Positions 30,178 to 39,143 of a stretch of 64,000 nt of DNA are shown piece after piece. This DNA is from an uncultured Candidatus Saccharibacteria bacterium (GTDB taxonomy: Bacteria; Patescibacteriota; Minisyncoccia; Phycocordibacterales; CAIZLB01). Each line of letters begins with the position of its first letter. The first letter of the stretch is position 1. Under the pieces are notes generated by a model. It searched no databases. It had not been told where the DNA came from and was given only the letters and a program-made list of their open reading frames with translations. Location of the stretch: positions 8,577-72,576 of the forward strand of contig CAYJDM010000004.1 in assembly GCA_964368945.1 (NCBI GenBank), written 5' to 3'. The position numbers and the translations under genes were made by a program.

Positions 30178-30777
30178 ATGGGAGACTGCTTAAGTACAAT
30201 GGATATAATCACAATAGTAACCTCAATTGCAACACTTATTGCACTTGGCTTTACTGTATACCAAGCTCGACTCACAAGAGATACTCTTTTAGAAACCAAA
30301 AAGAGTATTGATCAAGAAAAAGTTAACCGTCAGATATCTCTACTTCCAAAATTTGAATACATTATCGAGGTGGATGTCGAACTAATGCATTGGCAAGAGG
30401 AATTGGAAACAAGAAGTAAGAAACTTAAGGAAGCATTCGCAAGAAAGGATTCTAAAATCTTGGAAGATCTATCTAAAACAAAGACGAAAAATCCAAGCGA
30501 CTTGAGACTTTCAAGATATCAATATGAGAAGATGCCCGATTGGCTTTCTCAGCTATGGCTTTCAGGAGCACAATACTATTACGACGCTATGGCATCAATG
30601 CAATTTTTGTATAAGGATGATAAAGGAGAATTCGGTCTAGCGGAAATGCTCTATCAGAGATGTGACGGCAGTGCATACTCAATAAAAGAATTGCGCGCTT
30701 ATATTTCTGGAATGATACCTGAAGTTATTCTTGAGACTCCTGCCAGTACAAGAAATAGTGAGTTTTTTAGAGACTAA
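30178..30777 (+). CDS. hypothetical membrane-anchored protein (island cargo)
   Basis: N-terminal TM helix (IITIVTSIATLIALGFTV). No known motif. Confidence 0.4.
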   Translation: MGDCLSTMDIITIVTSIATLIALGFTVYQARLTRDTLLETKKSIDQEKVNRQISLLPKFEYIIEVDVELMHWQEELETRSKKLKEAFARKDSKILEDLSKTKTKNPSDLRLSRYQYEKMPDWLSQLWLSGAQYYYDAMASMQFLYKDDKGEFGLAEMLYQRCDGSAYSIKELRAYISGMIPEVILETPASTRNSEFFRD

Positions 30778-30867
30778 ACAACAGAGTTTAGAGGAGAAAA
30801 GTTACCAACTTAATGGGTCTAGGACGCTCTAGACTCCTAGAGCGATCAGCGTCATCAATGTAGTTGT

Positions 30868-32187
30868 ATGAAAATACAAAAACCGCTACAAGTGACTCCT
30901 GACGAGGTCGTACCAATTAAGTACTGTCTCTATGCTCGCAAATCAACGGAGCAAGAAGATAAGCAAGCATTATCAATAGAATCGCAGGTTAAAGAGATGA
31001 TAAGTCTCGCCGAGCGAGAGGGTTTAAAAATAGTCGAAATCAAGCGTGAATCGCACTCCTCTAAGGAGGTTGGGCAAAGACCGGTATATAACGAGCTGAT
31101 CAATGAAATCAGGCAAGGTAAATTCAACGGTATCCTGACATGGGCACCTGATCGCCTATCGAGAAATGCTGGTGATCTTGGATCGGTCGTAGACCTGATG
31201 GATCAGAAGCTTCTACACGAAATTCGGACTTATGGACAGAAGTTCACGAACAATCCAAATGAGAAGTTCTTGCTCATGATTCTCGGATCACAAGCAAAGC
31301 TTGAGAACGACAACAAGATGGTAAACGTGAAGCGAGGACTTCGAGCGAGATGTGAGATGGGCTTATGGCCATCAGTGCCTCCAACCGGATATCTGAGCCA
31401 TTCAGACAGGAACAAGAAGTGTGAGGTGGTGTTGGACGAACAAAGGAGTCATGTGATAAAGCTGATGTTTGAGAAGGTAGCCTATGATGGTTGGTCGGGA
31501 CGAAAGCTATTCAAATGGTTGGCTGAGGATATACGATTCAAGACCAAACACGGAAAGCCCCTGACACTGAGTAATGTGTATATCATTCTCAAAAGCACCT
31601 TCTACTACGGTGAATTTGAATATCCAAAAGAAAGCGGACAATGGTATGTCGGAAAGCACGAGCCGATAATCACCAAAGATTTATATAACCAAGTGCAAGA
31701 CAAGATAAATAATGATCATCTGACGCGGACTCAAGATAAAGAGTTCGCTTTTACCAAGATGATAACCTGCGGACTCTGTGGATCAGGCATAACCGCTGAC
31801 GAGAAATTCAAGAAGCTCAAAGATGGTACGACAAATCGCTACGTCTACTATGGATGCACGAAGTTTAAAGACAAGGACTGCCCTTGCGGGTACATCCGAG
31901 AGGAAGATCTAATTGAGCAACTAGCAATGGTTCTAGATACAATTTCGCTGGACGAGATCGGAATGAAAGACAGGATCAAGACTGAGATTGAATCACATAA
32001 TGAATTCCAAGAATCAGTACTGGGGCGAGAGGTCAAAGAGAAAGTGAAGATAAAGGAAGTAGACATCAGAAACTACGCAAAACACATACTAAGAAAAAGA
32101 CCGCTGTACGAAAAACGAGAACTATTAAGTCATCTGAGAAGCAAGTTGGTACTGAAAGAAAAGATACTCAGTGTGATCAAGAATTAA
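30868..32187 (+). CDS. large serine recombinase (resolvase/invertase-type catalytic domain plus recombinase domain and zinc ribbon)
   Basis: Catalytic YARKSTEQED serine motif near the N-terminus, a recombinase domain, and Cys-rich CGLCGS...YYGCTKFKDKDCPCGY. Confidence 0.8.
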   Translation: MKIQKPLQVTPDEVVPIKYCLYARKSTEQEDKQALSIESQVKEMISLAEREGLKIVEIKRESHSSKEVGQRPVYNELINEIRQGKFNGILTWAPDRLSRNAGDLGSVVDLMDQKLLHEIRTYGQKFTNNPNEKFLLMILGSQAKLENDNKMVNVKRGLRARCEMGLWPSVPPTGYLSHSDRNKKCEVVLDEQRSHVIKLMFEKVAYDGWSGRKLFKWLAEDIRFKTKHGKPLTLSNVYIILKSTFYYGEFEYPKESGQWYVGKHEPIITKDLYNQVQDKINNDHLTRTQDKEFAFTKMITCGLCGSGITADEKFKKLKDGTTNRYVYYGCTKFKDKDCPCGYIREEDLIEQLAMVLDTISLDEIGMKDRIKTEIESHNEFQESVLGREVKEKVKIKEVDIRNYAKHILRKRPLYEKRELLSHLRSKLVLKEKILSVIKN

Positions 32188-34730
32188 CGAAGCCTTCTCT
32201 GTAGACTTTCTTTGAGCTTACCAATTTCTTTCTTTGCAGCAGGCGCAATCTCAAACATCGAGACATCATTCGCCAAGAGCCATTCTATACACTCTTTTCT
32301 TCCAAGATTGATATCTCCAACATACTGTGACAATTCAATGGCAGTGTGTCTACTCAGACCGAGATTAATGAGGGATATTTGAGTCCTCTGCGAAACACCG
32401 AACTCAACCCACATGTTCAACTGTGGTACAGATTCTAGGAGTTCAGGGTGTTCGTTGCCAAGATAGTATTTGAGAATATCTATGTAACAAGAAGAATATT
32501 TTGCAAATTTGAATCTAACATACTCCTCAATATCGCTCATCGTATCTCGGATGATTTTGGAGAGCTTTCTACGTGGCTCTTTTCTGCCCCAATATGTGAT
32601 GTTGGATCTGATGATTCGTGCAAGTGGATATCCATTCATCCAGTTGATTACCAATATTGCATGGTACGGAGCAAGACCCTCATGATCACCCGAGAGAATC
32701 TTGCTTATCCTTTTAATGATCGCAACATAGTGACCTAGAGCCGCGTCTTCTGTGTCTGGTAAAACAGGAATGAGATTTTTGACATCCTTGTCATAGTTCT
32801 TGAAATACTCTAAAAGCTTTTGCTGGGCGACAGGGCTGATACCAGGGTTTCTGTAAACGATATCCTCAGGAACTTCTAAGGTTTCCTTTACCCTCGCACA
32901 CTCAGCCTCAAGCTCAGCTATGTAACTCGCTTCCAAAGGCTCTCCTTGAAGATTTTGATTTTTGAGAAACTTTGTAAAGTAGTAACTGAATGCGTATTCG
33001 AGATTGGGCTTGAACGATCCTTCTGAAGTGCCTTTTATGTAATCCAGAAGATCCTCTCGGCTTTCAGATATTTCAGCAATAGCTCTTTTTATAAAATGCT
33101 TTGTCTTTTCCCTGACAGGCTTATTATCCCATTCTTCAGGATCAATACAGACGATATTTCCTTGGAACTCTTTCTTTAAGCGACCTGCTCTACCCGCAAG
33201 GTTCCAGAAGTCAGACTCTGTCATCGGCAATCGATTACCTCTCTTTGGCTTCCTGATAAAGATAGACTTAGCAGGAAGATTCACACCCTCAAGCAGAGTT
33301 GAGGTGCAGACTAAGTATTTTATGTGACCCTCTGTATAGAGCCTCTCAATCTCTTTTCTGATAACCAACGGCATGTTGCCATAATGAAACGCAATCTTTC
33401 TCTTCAAGACCTTAGCTAGCAGATAGTCTGTATGTATCAACTTTTTGGTTAGGTCGATAAGCTCCTCTATTTCATCATCTTCAGTTTCCTGTGATTCACC
33501 AACAAGGTCAAAGAGTTTTTCTGACACATCTTCAGCGTCAGCCTGTCCGTTTACGTAAATCATGTTACCGCCATCTTCAGACCCAAGCATATGACAAAAC
33601 ATAGGGAGCTTATCTTTTTCTCCAAGAATATCCCTGGTGCTAAGCGTTCCAAGGTTTATAGAGTATGTCTTTAGGCAGAGATCAATACTCCACTGACGAG
33701 GATGTCCTGATGCTTGAGAGACCCACACAAGGTTCTGATTAACCGCAACGTACTCTGTGACGATTGTCGATTTTCTTTCAGGATTGGGTAAACCATCGAG
33801 GAGTATCTCTGGATTCTGTGAAAATGGACTACAGAACAGCATCTTAAGATCAGGTAAACGGCTGACCAGTTCCTCAATCTTTTGTTGTAGTAAAACACCT
33901 CTTCCTCCATCACCAATCTTATGAGCCTCATCAACGATAAGGAAATCAATTCGGTAGTCCTTGTTCTCGTTGAGAAACCAGTGCAATCTCTCTTGGGTGA
34001 AGATGAGAAGACTCGGCTTGCTTCCGTCTTCATCGTCAGGCAGTTGAGGTACAGAACTAAGATATACGGAGTGATTGTCGTTTTTAAAAAGCTGATCCGA
34101 AAAATCCTGCTCTACCTGATTAATCAACGCTCTTGTTGGCACAAGATATACAATATTCTTTGGATTTCCCAAATCGCTCAACTGCTCCAAAACAAAGGTA
34201 TTTAAAATAAAAGACTTTCCAGAAGATGTTGGGGCGGATGCACTTACATAACTAGAAGCGTGAGCTTTATCGTAAAAATCCTTTTGAAACTTATTAAGAT
34301 AAATTGGTTCATTAGTGTCTTTCGTGAACACGATATGTTCAACATCTCGTTGTGTATTTTCCATCTGGAATGGCAGAGGGATGTCACTCTCATAGTCAGC
34401 TGGCAAATGCTCTTTTTTGAGAGCAAGTTCTATGGCAGGTCTATTGGTGAGCTTGTGAAATATCACTGAGGATGCAACCCTCTGATTTTTAGTGGTATCA
34501 GGATGAGTAAGACAGCATTGTGCAATTCTCAAGGCGGCATCCTGACAGTCTGGATTATCTGAATGAGCCAGAGCACTCGCACACATCAAAAGATGATTCC
34601 AGTTCACAGAAGAAAATAGATCATCCTGCTGATTCAGGGCTGGAAAAAGCCTTGTTACTGAATATTTAATAACCTTCAATAGATCCCTTTGGAAACTAAC
34701 TAAATTGTATATTTTTTCAGGAAGGTTCAT
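32184..34730 (-). CDS. SF2 DExD/H helicase, candidate HamB-like defence helicase
   Basis: Motif I APTSSGKS, motif II VDEAHKI, motif VI AGRAGR. 848 aa. It overlaps the upstream partner gene by 14 nt. Confidence 0.6.
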   Translation of the reverse strand: MNLPEKIYNLVSFQRDLLKVIKYSVTRLFPALNQQDDLFSSVNWNHLLMCASALAHSDNPDCQDAALRIAQCCLTHPDTTKNQRVASSVIFHKLTNRPAIELALKKEHLPADYESDIPLPFQMENTQRDVEHIVFTKDTNEPIYLNKFQKDFYDKAHASSYVSASAPTSSGKSFILNTFVLEQLSDLGNPKNIVYLVPTRALINQVEQDFSDQLFKNDNHSVYLSSVPQLPDDEDGSKPSLLIFTQERLHWFLNENKDYRIDFLIVDEAHKIGDGGRGVLLQQKIEELVSRLPDLKMLFCSPFSQNPEILLDGLPNPERKSTIVTEYVAVNQNLVWVSQASGHPRQWSIDLCLKTYSINLGTLSTRDILGEKDKLPMFCHMLGSEDGGNMIYVNGQADAEDVSEKLFDLVGESQETEDDEIEELIDLTKKLIHTDYLLAKVLKRKIAFHYGNMPLVIRKEIERLYTEGHIKYLVCTSTLLEGVNLPAKSIFIRKPKRGNRLPMTESDFWNLAGRAGRLKKEFQGNIVCIDPEEWDNKPVREKTKHFIKRAIAEISESREDLLDYIKGTSEGSFKPNLEYAFSYYFTKFLKNQNLQGEPLEASYIAELEAECARVKETLEVPEDIVYRNPGISPVAQQKLLEYFKNYDKDVKNLIPVLPDTEDAALGHYVAIIKRISKILSGDHEGLAPYHAILVINWMNGYPLARIIRSNITYWGRKEPRRKLSKIIRDTMSDIEEYVRFKFAKYSSCYIDILKYYLGNEHPELLESVPQLNMWVEFGVSQRTQISLINLGLSRHTAIELSQYVGDINLGRKECIEWLLANDVSMFEIAPAAKKEIGKLKESLQRRLR

Positions 34731-35700
34731 AGCTTATTCCGAGTGCCTCTAAAAAATGCTTCCTAAATTCTTCTACTGAGGGAAAAGGCAGAAGAAACAC
34801 ATGGATATCAAATGTGTTCAAGTTTGTATGTTTGGAAATCTGACCTATCACGCTTGTTGACCATGCTTCAATTTCCGCTTGTATCTTCGCTTTGATTTGT
34901 TCCGTCGTTTCGCTATTTGCGACCGCAGGATACTTGTCGTAATCAAAACCTATAAGACAAACACCTTTGTAGTTAACCTGATTGTGAAGAGGGTCATCTT
35001 TATCAAGATATTTCAAAATCACTGTCCCAAGCCTTTCATCAATAACATCAAGATTGCCTCTGAGGAGCTGGAGATCTCTTTCAGCGGGAGCATCTTCTCC
35101 TCCGTCAGAGAGTAAGAACTCCTTGAGGCTTTCGAAACAACTTGAGATAGCACCACTCATATCCTTATGCAGTTTCGATTCTCCCCAATACAGAGAAAGG
35201 ATGTCCTGTCCGCTTTCGTTAGTCTCTACGGATACATGTATTCCATCAGCACCGTTTACATGAAGTTCTGAATTTGTTTTCAGGGGCATCTTACAAATCA
35301 GTTGCGGAAGTTTCAAAAATTCTTGTACAAGGATATAAAGAAGCATCTCACCACCTTCACCTGTCTTTTTTAAAGACGTAAACAATGCTTCGGCTTTCTT
35401 TACCAATTGTGTGGTCTTGGTAGAAGTATTGTGCTCACGATCATACTTTTGAGCCTCAGCAAATTCCTTTCTAGGAATAGCGTAATCGGCAACATGCCGT
35501 GCGATAAATCTTGCAAAATCTTTTGTCTGAGGTCTTCCGTTTCCATCTAAAGTAAGAAAGTAGCAGTGGGACACTGCTTTAGTATCTTTTAGATTTACAT
35601 GTGAAATAACCTCAGTTATGTAGCTGTTTATTTCCTGCTCACTGGTTCTAAGGAGTTCAGTGATAAGTTCTGCTAATGTTTTATTATCTTCTGTGTCCAT
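34717..35700 (-). CDS. candidate HamA-like (DUF1837-type) effector with PD-(D/E)xK-like residues
   Basis: 327 aa, translationally coupled to the helicase. D...ExK pattern (GADGIHVSVE...WGESKLHK). The size and gene order match Hachiman type I. Confidence 0.45.
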   Translation of the reverse strand: MDTEDNKTLAELITELLRTSEQEINSYITEVISHVNLKDTKAVSHCYFLTLDGNGRPQTKDFARFIARHVADYAIPRKEFAEAQKYDREHNTSTKTTQLVKKAEALFTSLKKTGEGGEMLLYILVQEFLKLPQLICKMPLKTNSELHVNGADGIHVSVETNESGQDILSLYWGESKLHKDMSGAISSCFESLKEFLLSDGGEDAPAERDLQLLRGNLDVIDERLGTVILKYLDKDDPLHNQVNYKGVCLIGFDYDKYPAVANSETTEQIKAKIQAEIEAWSTSVIGQISKHTNLNTFDIHVFLLPFPSVEEFRKHFLEALGISYEPS

Positions 35701-35701
35701 A

Positions 35702-35890
35702 TTAGTGGTTTATAAGCTTAAGGATGTCCGACTTCTTGTATCGACGATCCTTTCTTGTGCCAAATCGGATAGGCACTAGAATACCCTTCTTGTCCCAATT
35801 CCTTAGAGTATTTGGATGGCAGTTTAAAATCTCACAAGCTTGTTTAAGGCTTAAGATTTCGGGATATTGACTGTAATCGTTTTTAGTCAT
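35702..35890 (-). CDS. excisionase/MerR-family HTH DNA-binding protein
   Basis: 62 aa (LSLKQACEILNCHPNTLRNWDKKGILVPIRFGTRKDRRY), the Xis-type HTH_17 pattern. Confidence 0.55.
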   Translation of the reverse strand: MTKNDYSQYPEILSLKQACEILNCHPNTLRNWDKKGILVPIRFGTRKDRRYKKSDILKLINH

Positions 35891-35931
35891 ATCTTAGACT
35901 TAACATAAGTTAACAACAAAAGCAATCCTAC

Positions 35932-35981
35932 AGAAATCAAAAGACCACCCATGTAGGTGGTCTTTTGATTCTGGATACTGC
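35932..35981. terminator. palindromic hairpin AATCAAAAGACCACC-CATGT-AGGTGGTCTTTTGATT
   Basis: 15-bp perfect inverted repeat between the Xis-like gene and tRNA-Gln. It shares the AAATCAAAAGACC / GGTCTTTTGATT arms with the hairpin at 20650-20699. Confidence 0.45.
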
Positions 35982-36106
35982 ACTCAGCAGGTATGCAATT
36001 TACGGAATAGTATCGTGTGATTTGGGAAAGTTCGAGCCCATGACTGGTTCTCAAAACTCTTCCCCCTAAACAGCCATTTTAGGCGTTTAGGTAGGTCTCA
36101 CATAAC

Positions 36107-36177
36107 TGCTGGGAGATAGGGACTCGAACCCCAATTAAACGGACCAGAACCGTTTGTCCTACCATTAGACGATCTCC
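36107..36177 (-). tRNA. tRNA-Gln (anticodon CUG)
   Basis: Reverse complement folds as UGGGAGA-UC-GUCU-AAUGGUA-GGAC-A-AACGG-UUCUGGU-CCGUU-UAAU-UGGGG-UUCGAGU-CCCUA-UCUCCCA-G. U1-A72 and the CUG anticodon fit Gln. No encoded CCA. Confidence 0.85.
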
Positions 36178-36321
36178 CAATAGGCAAAAAGATAACACTT
36201 TTGGCCCTAAAAATCAACCCGGACCAGGGCCGAAGAGGCGCTCCATTCTTGCATTGCATGCCCCGAGGAGTATGCTGTTCTCGGAACACAGACCCACAAA
36301 CCCAAACCCCCGCCCTTTACA

Positions 36322-37239
36322 ATGAACACCTACCCCCACCCGACGAATATCGGCCTAGGCGGCATGCTCGGCTGGACTTGGACACAGTTCGCCGTTTTGT
36401 ATGCCATCTGCCTAATCATACTGGCCATTTTCTTTGGAGGCCGAGTGATACTGAGAAAAATCAAGAAGCGTAAATCCGACAAAGCAGCCCGAATCCCGCA
36501 CTGGCATGAGCCAACTGAGAAAACGATCCATATCGATTTTCAATATATGCATGCGACATACATGATCCCGACTGACTGGACCTGTCGCATATCGATATTC
36601 GCTTGCAGGCATTGCGACAAGGCAAAGCTTGAACAAGCCCTCATCCGAAATATCACCCGCGCGATGGGACGGTACTGCGAATTCACATTCGTCGCATCGC
36701 CTCCCAGACTCCGTCTGAACATATGCGAAAGCAATATCAACCATGAGCGTATGCCCTGCCCTACGGGAGACCATGATCTGCATGTCCGCGACTTCAGCGT
36801 GACGAGCCATGCGCCCGACCCTATTGAGCCCTTGCTTCGAAAGATGGCTGCGGATTCTTTTACGCAAGGCCTCGAGAATGCGCAGCGCGAAAAAAAGGAA
36901 AAAGAAGATGCCGAAAGGAAATCCCTCTCCGATGCACGTACGGCAGAAATATATGCAGCCGCGCAGAGATATGCGGAGCTGCAGAGCCGCGCAGTGGAAT
37001 TGGCCCGCGTCTCCAGGGAACTCCAATCGAAGTCCGAAGCGGCTCGCGCCCATGCAGACGAAATGTCTGCTCGCGCCCGCCTTTCTGCCGCTGAGGCCGA
37101 GGAGCGTAAAAAGGCGGATGATTGGCTGGATGAAAATCCAGCATGCGAAGACGATGAATCGTATTATTCGCTTGGCGACGATGCCAGGCAAGAATACGGC
37201 CTTGGATACGATATGGGCCACGATCCCGATGACCCATGA
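36322..37239 (+). CDS. hypothetical membrane / coiled-coil protein
   Basis: N-terminal TM helix and a C-terminal charged coiled coil. Followed by a hairpin plus T-run terminator at ~37242-37290. The overlapping minus ORF (36412-37323) was rejected. Confidence 0.4.
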   Translation: MNTYPHPTNIGLGGMLGWTWTQFAVLYAICLIILAIFFGGRVILRKIKKRKSDKAARIPHWHEPTEKTIHIDFQYMHATYMIPTDWTCRISIFACRHCDKAKLEQALIRNITRAMGRYCEFTFVASPPRLRLNICESNINHERMPCPTGDHDLHVRDFSVTSHAPDPIEPLLRKMAADSFTQGLENAQREKKEKEDAERKSLSDARTAEIYAAAQRYAELQSRAVELARVSRELQSKSEAARAHADEMSARARLSAAEAEERKKADDWLDENPACEDDESYYSLGDDARQEYGLGYDMGHDPDDP

Positions 37240-37370
37240 CTCAAAGCAAAAGCCCGGACCTATGCCTATTGATGGCGAGGCCCGGGCTTTTTTATAAAAA
37301 ACAAATGCAAAATCAAAATTCAACCCGCACTGTATTATTGTAAAAGCTACCTGCGGCGACTTTTACACCT

Positions 37371-38306
37371 TTACACCTTAAGGTACTTCCTCACCGCAAG
37401 ATAGCTCGAAATGAATCCGAGCACTGCGCCAGCGCCGATGACGATGCCGAAGACCGAGAAGAAGTTCGCCATATAGAATGCCCAGATATTGATGCCCGTG
37501 CCAAGGCTGACCGTGATCGGACCGACATAATATGCGACTGGGAACAAGATCAGAATCGTGAGGATGGCAGAAACGATTCCATACATAAGGCCGACCGTGA
37601 GGAATGGACCGCGGATATACATTTCGCTGGCACCGACGAGTCGCATGACCGAGATTTCTTCTCGGAAAACATAGATCGCCAATCGCACGGTATTGAATGT
37701 GATGAGGATGGCGACGAATGCAAAGAATACGATGAGCGCGAAGCCGAGCTTATTCGAAGAATCGATGATATTCGACAATGCATCGATGGCCTGCTTATTA
37801 TTCGCATAGTTCACGCGGTCGATGATGTCTCCTGCGCTGCCCGCTGATGAATCGGAATCCTGGACGTTTTTGATATAGGAAACGATGCCCTCATATTCGC
37901 TCGGGCTCTTTGCCTTGATATTGAAGCTTGCGCCGAGAGGATTGCCTCCGATCTCATCGAGAGCGGCAAGCGTTGACTTATCATCCTGATGCCGATCTCG
38001 GAACTGTGCGAGAGCCTCGTCTCGAGAAAGGTAAGCGACGCTTTCAACCTGCGGCTGCCCTTCCAATCGCTTCTTGAAAACCATGATATCCGCCTCGGGA
38101 GCTTCCGTCTTGAAATAGAGGCTGATGTCCACCTTGTTCTGAATCGTAGTCAGGGTCGACTTGAGCATTGCGCCGAACAGGAACATCGAAGAGATTACGA
38201 GCAAAGTCACCGTCATCACGAGCACTGATGCGAGCGAGACATAGCCATTTCTCCAGAAGCTGACGAATCCCGACTTTAATGTTCTTTTTATTTTTGTTAT
38301 GAGCAT
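37371..38306 (-). CDS. ftsX: cell-division ABC transporter permease FtsX
   Basis: Four-TM FtsX topology with a periplasmic loop. Lies immediately downstream of ftsE. Confidence 0.8.
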   Translation of the reverse strand: MLITKIKRTLKSGFVSFWRNGYVSLASVLVMTVTLLVISSMFLFGAMLKSTLTTIQNKVDISLYFKTEAPEADIMVFKKRLEGQPQVESVAYLSRDEALAQFRDRHQDDKSTLAALDEIGGNPLGASFNIKAKSPSEYEGIVSYIKNVQDSDSSAGSAGDIIDRVNYANNKQAIDALSNIIDSSNKLGFALIVFFAFVAILITFNTVRLAIYVFREEISVMRLVGASEMYIRGPFLTVGLMYGIVSAILTILILFPVAYYVGPITVSLGTGINIWAFYMANFFSVFGIVIGAGAVLGFISSYLAVRKYLKV

Positions 38307-38361
38307 GTTTTTGTTTTGTGAAAAAATTTGGGCCGCAGCACCTCATTGCTGCGCGCTCGTC

Positions 38362-39042
38362 TTATATGACGTACTTCCCATCCGGGCTATCATGCGCGAC
38401 CTTGCCATTCTTCATCGAGATGACGCGGCGGCCGATATGCTCCACGATGCCGGTATTATGCGTAGTAAGGAGGATTGTCGTGCCGAGATCATTGATCTTT
38501 TTCAAAATCTGTACGACTTCATATGTATTGGCAGGATCGAGATTTCCCGTAGGCTCATCAGCGATGATGAGATCAGGCTGATTGACGATGGCTCGCGCGA
38601 TGGCGATTCGCTGCTTTTCCCCTCCTGACAATTGTCCTGGGAAAGAATGCATCTTGCGGTGCAAGTCCACGAGCTCGAGCACATGCGGTACATCCGCTGC
38701 GATCTCCTCATCAGTTCGCCCTGCGGCTTCCATGGCGAATGCCACATTTTCATATGCGGTCTTGTCGGGCAAAAGCCTGAAGTCCTGGAATACCGTGCCG
38801 ATTCGTCGGCGATATTCATTGATCTCTTTTTTATCCAAAGAGGAAATGTCCATGCTCTCAAAGAGGACATGGCCGTCGGTCGGCTTCTCTTCTCCGAGAA
38901 TCATCTTGAGGAGGGTCGATTTGCCGGCGCCAGAATGGCCGACGATCGTTACGAACTCCTTTGGCTTTATGTGCAAAGTCACTCCATCCAGCGCAAGCGA
39001 ATTATCCGTATAAAGCTTGGTTATTTTTTCGAGTCGAAGCAT
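38362..39042 (-). CDS. ftsE: cell-division ABC transporter ATP-binding protein FtsE
   Basis: Walker A GHSGAGKST, signature LSGGEKQR, Walker B IIADEP. Confidence 0.85.
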   Translation of the reverse strand: MLRLEKITKLYTDNSLALDGVTLHIKPKEFVTIVGHSGAGKSTLLKMILGEEKPTDGHVLFESMDISSLDKKEINEYRRRIGTVFQDFRLLPDKTAYENVAFAMEAAGRTDEEIAADVPHVLELVDLHRKMHSFPGQLSGGEKQRIAIARAIVNQPDLIIADEPTGNLDPANTYEVVQILKKINDLGTTILLTTHNTGIVEHIGRRVISMKNGKVAHDSPDGKYVI

Positions 39043-39068
39043 GGGCTATATTTTAGCAATTTGCGCCG

Positions 39069-39092
39069 GCCGGCGCAATGCGAGTTGAGGGC
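39069..39092. terminator. palindromic GC hairpin TTGCGCCGGCCGGCGCAA between prfB and ftsE
   Basis: Perfect 18-nt palindrome with A/T-rich flanks. Confidence 0.4.
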
Positions 39093-39143
39093 GCTGCATA
39101 TGGCCAATTTGAACAACTTTCATCAAAACTTCACAATCATGCT

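Noticed and set aside
36412-37323. 303-aa minus-strand ORF competing with the plus-strand 36322-37239 gene
   Set aside because: Its Cys/Arg/Phe-rich low-complexity translation looks non-protein-like. The plus-strand gene has a TM helix, a coiled coil and a downstream terminator.
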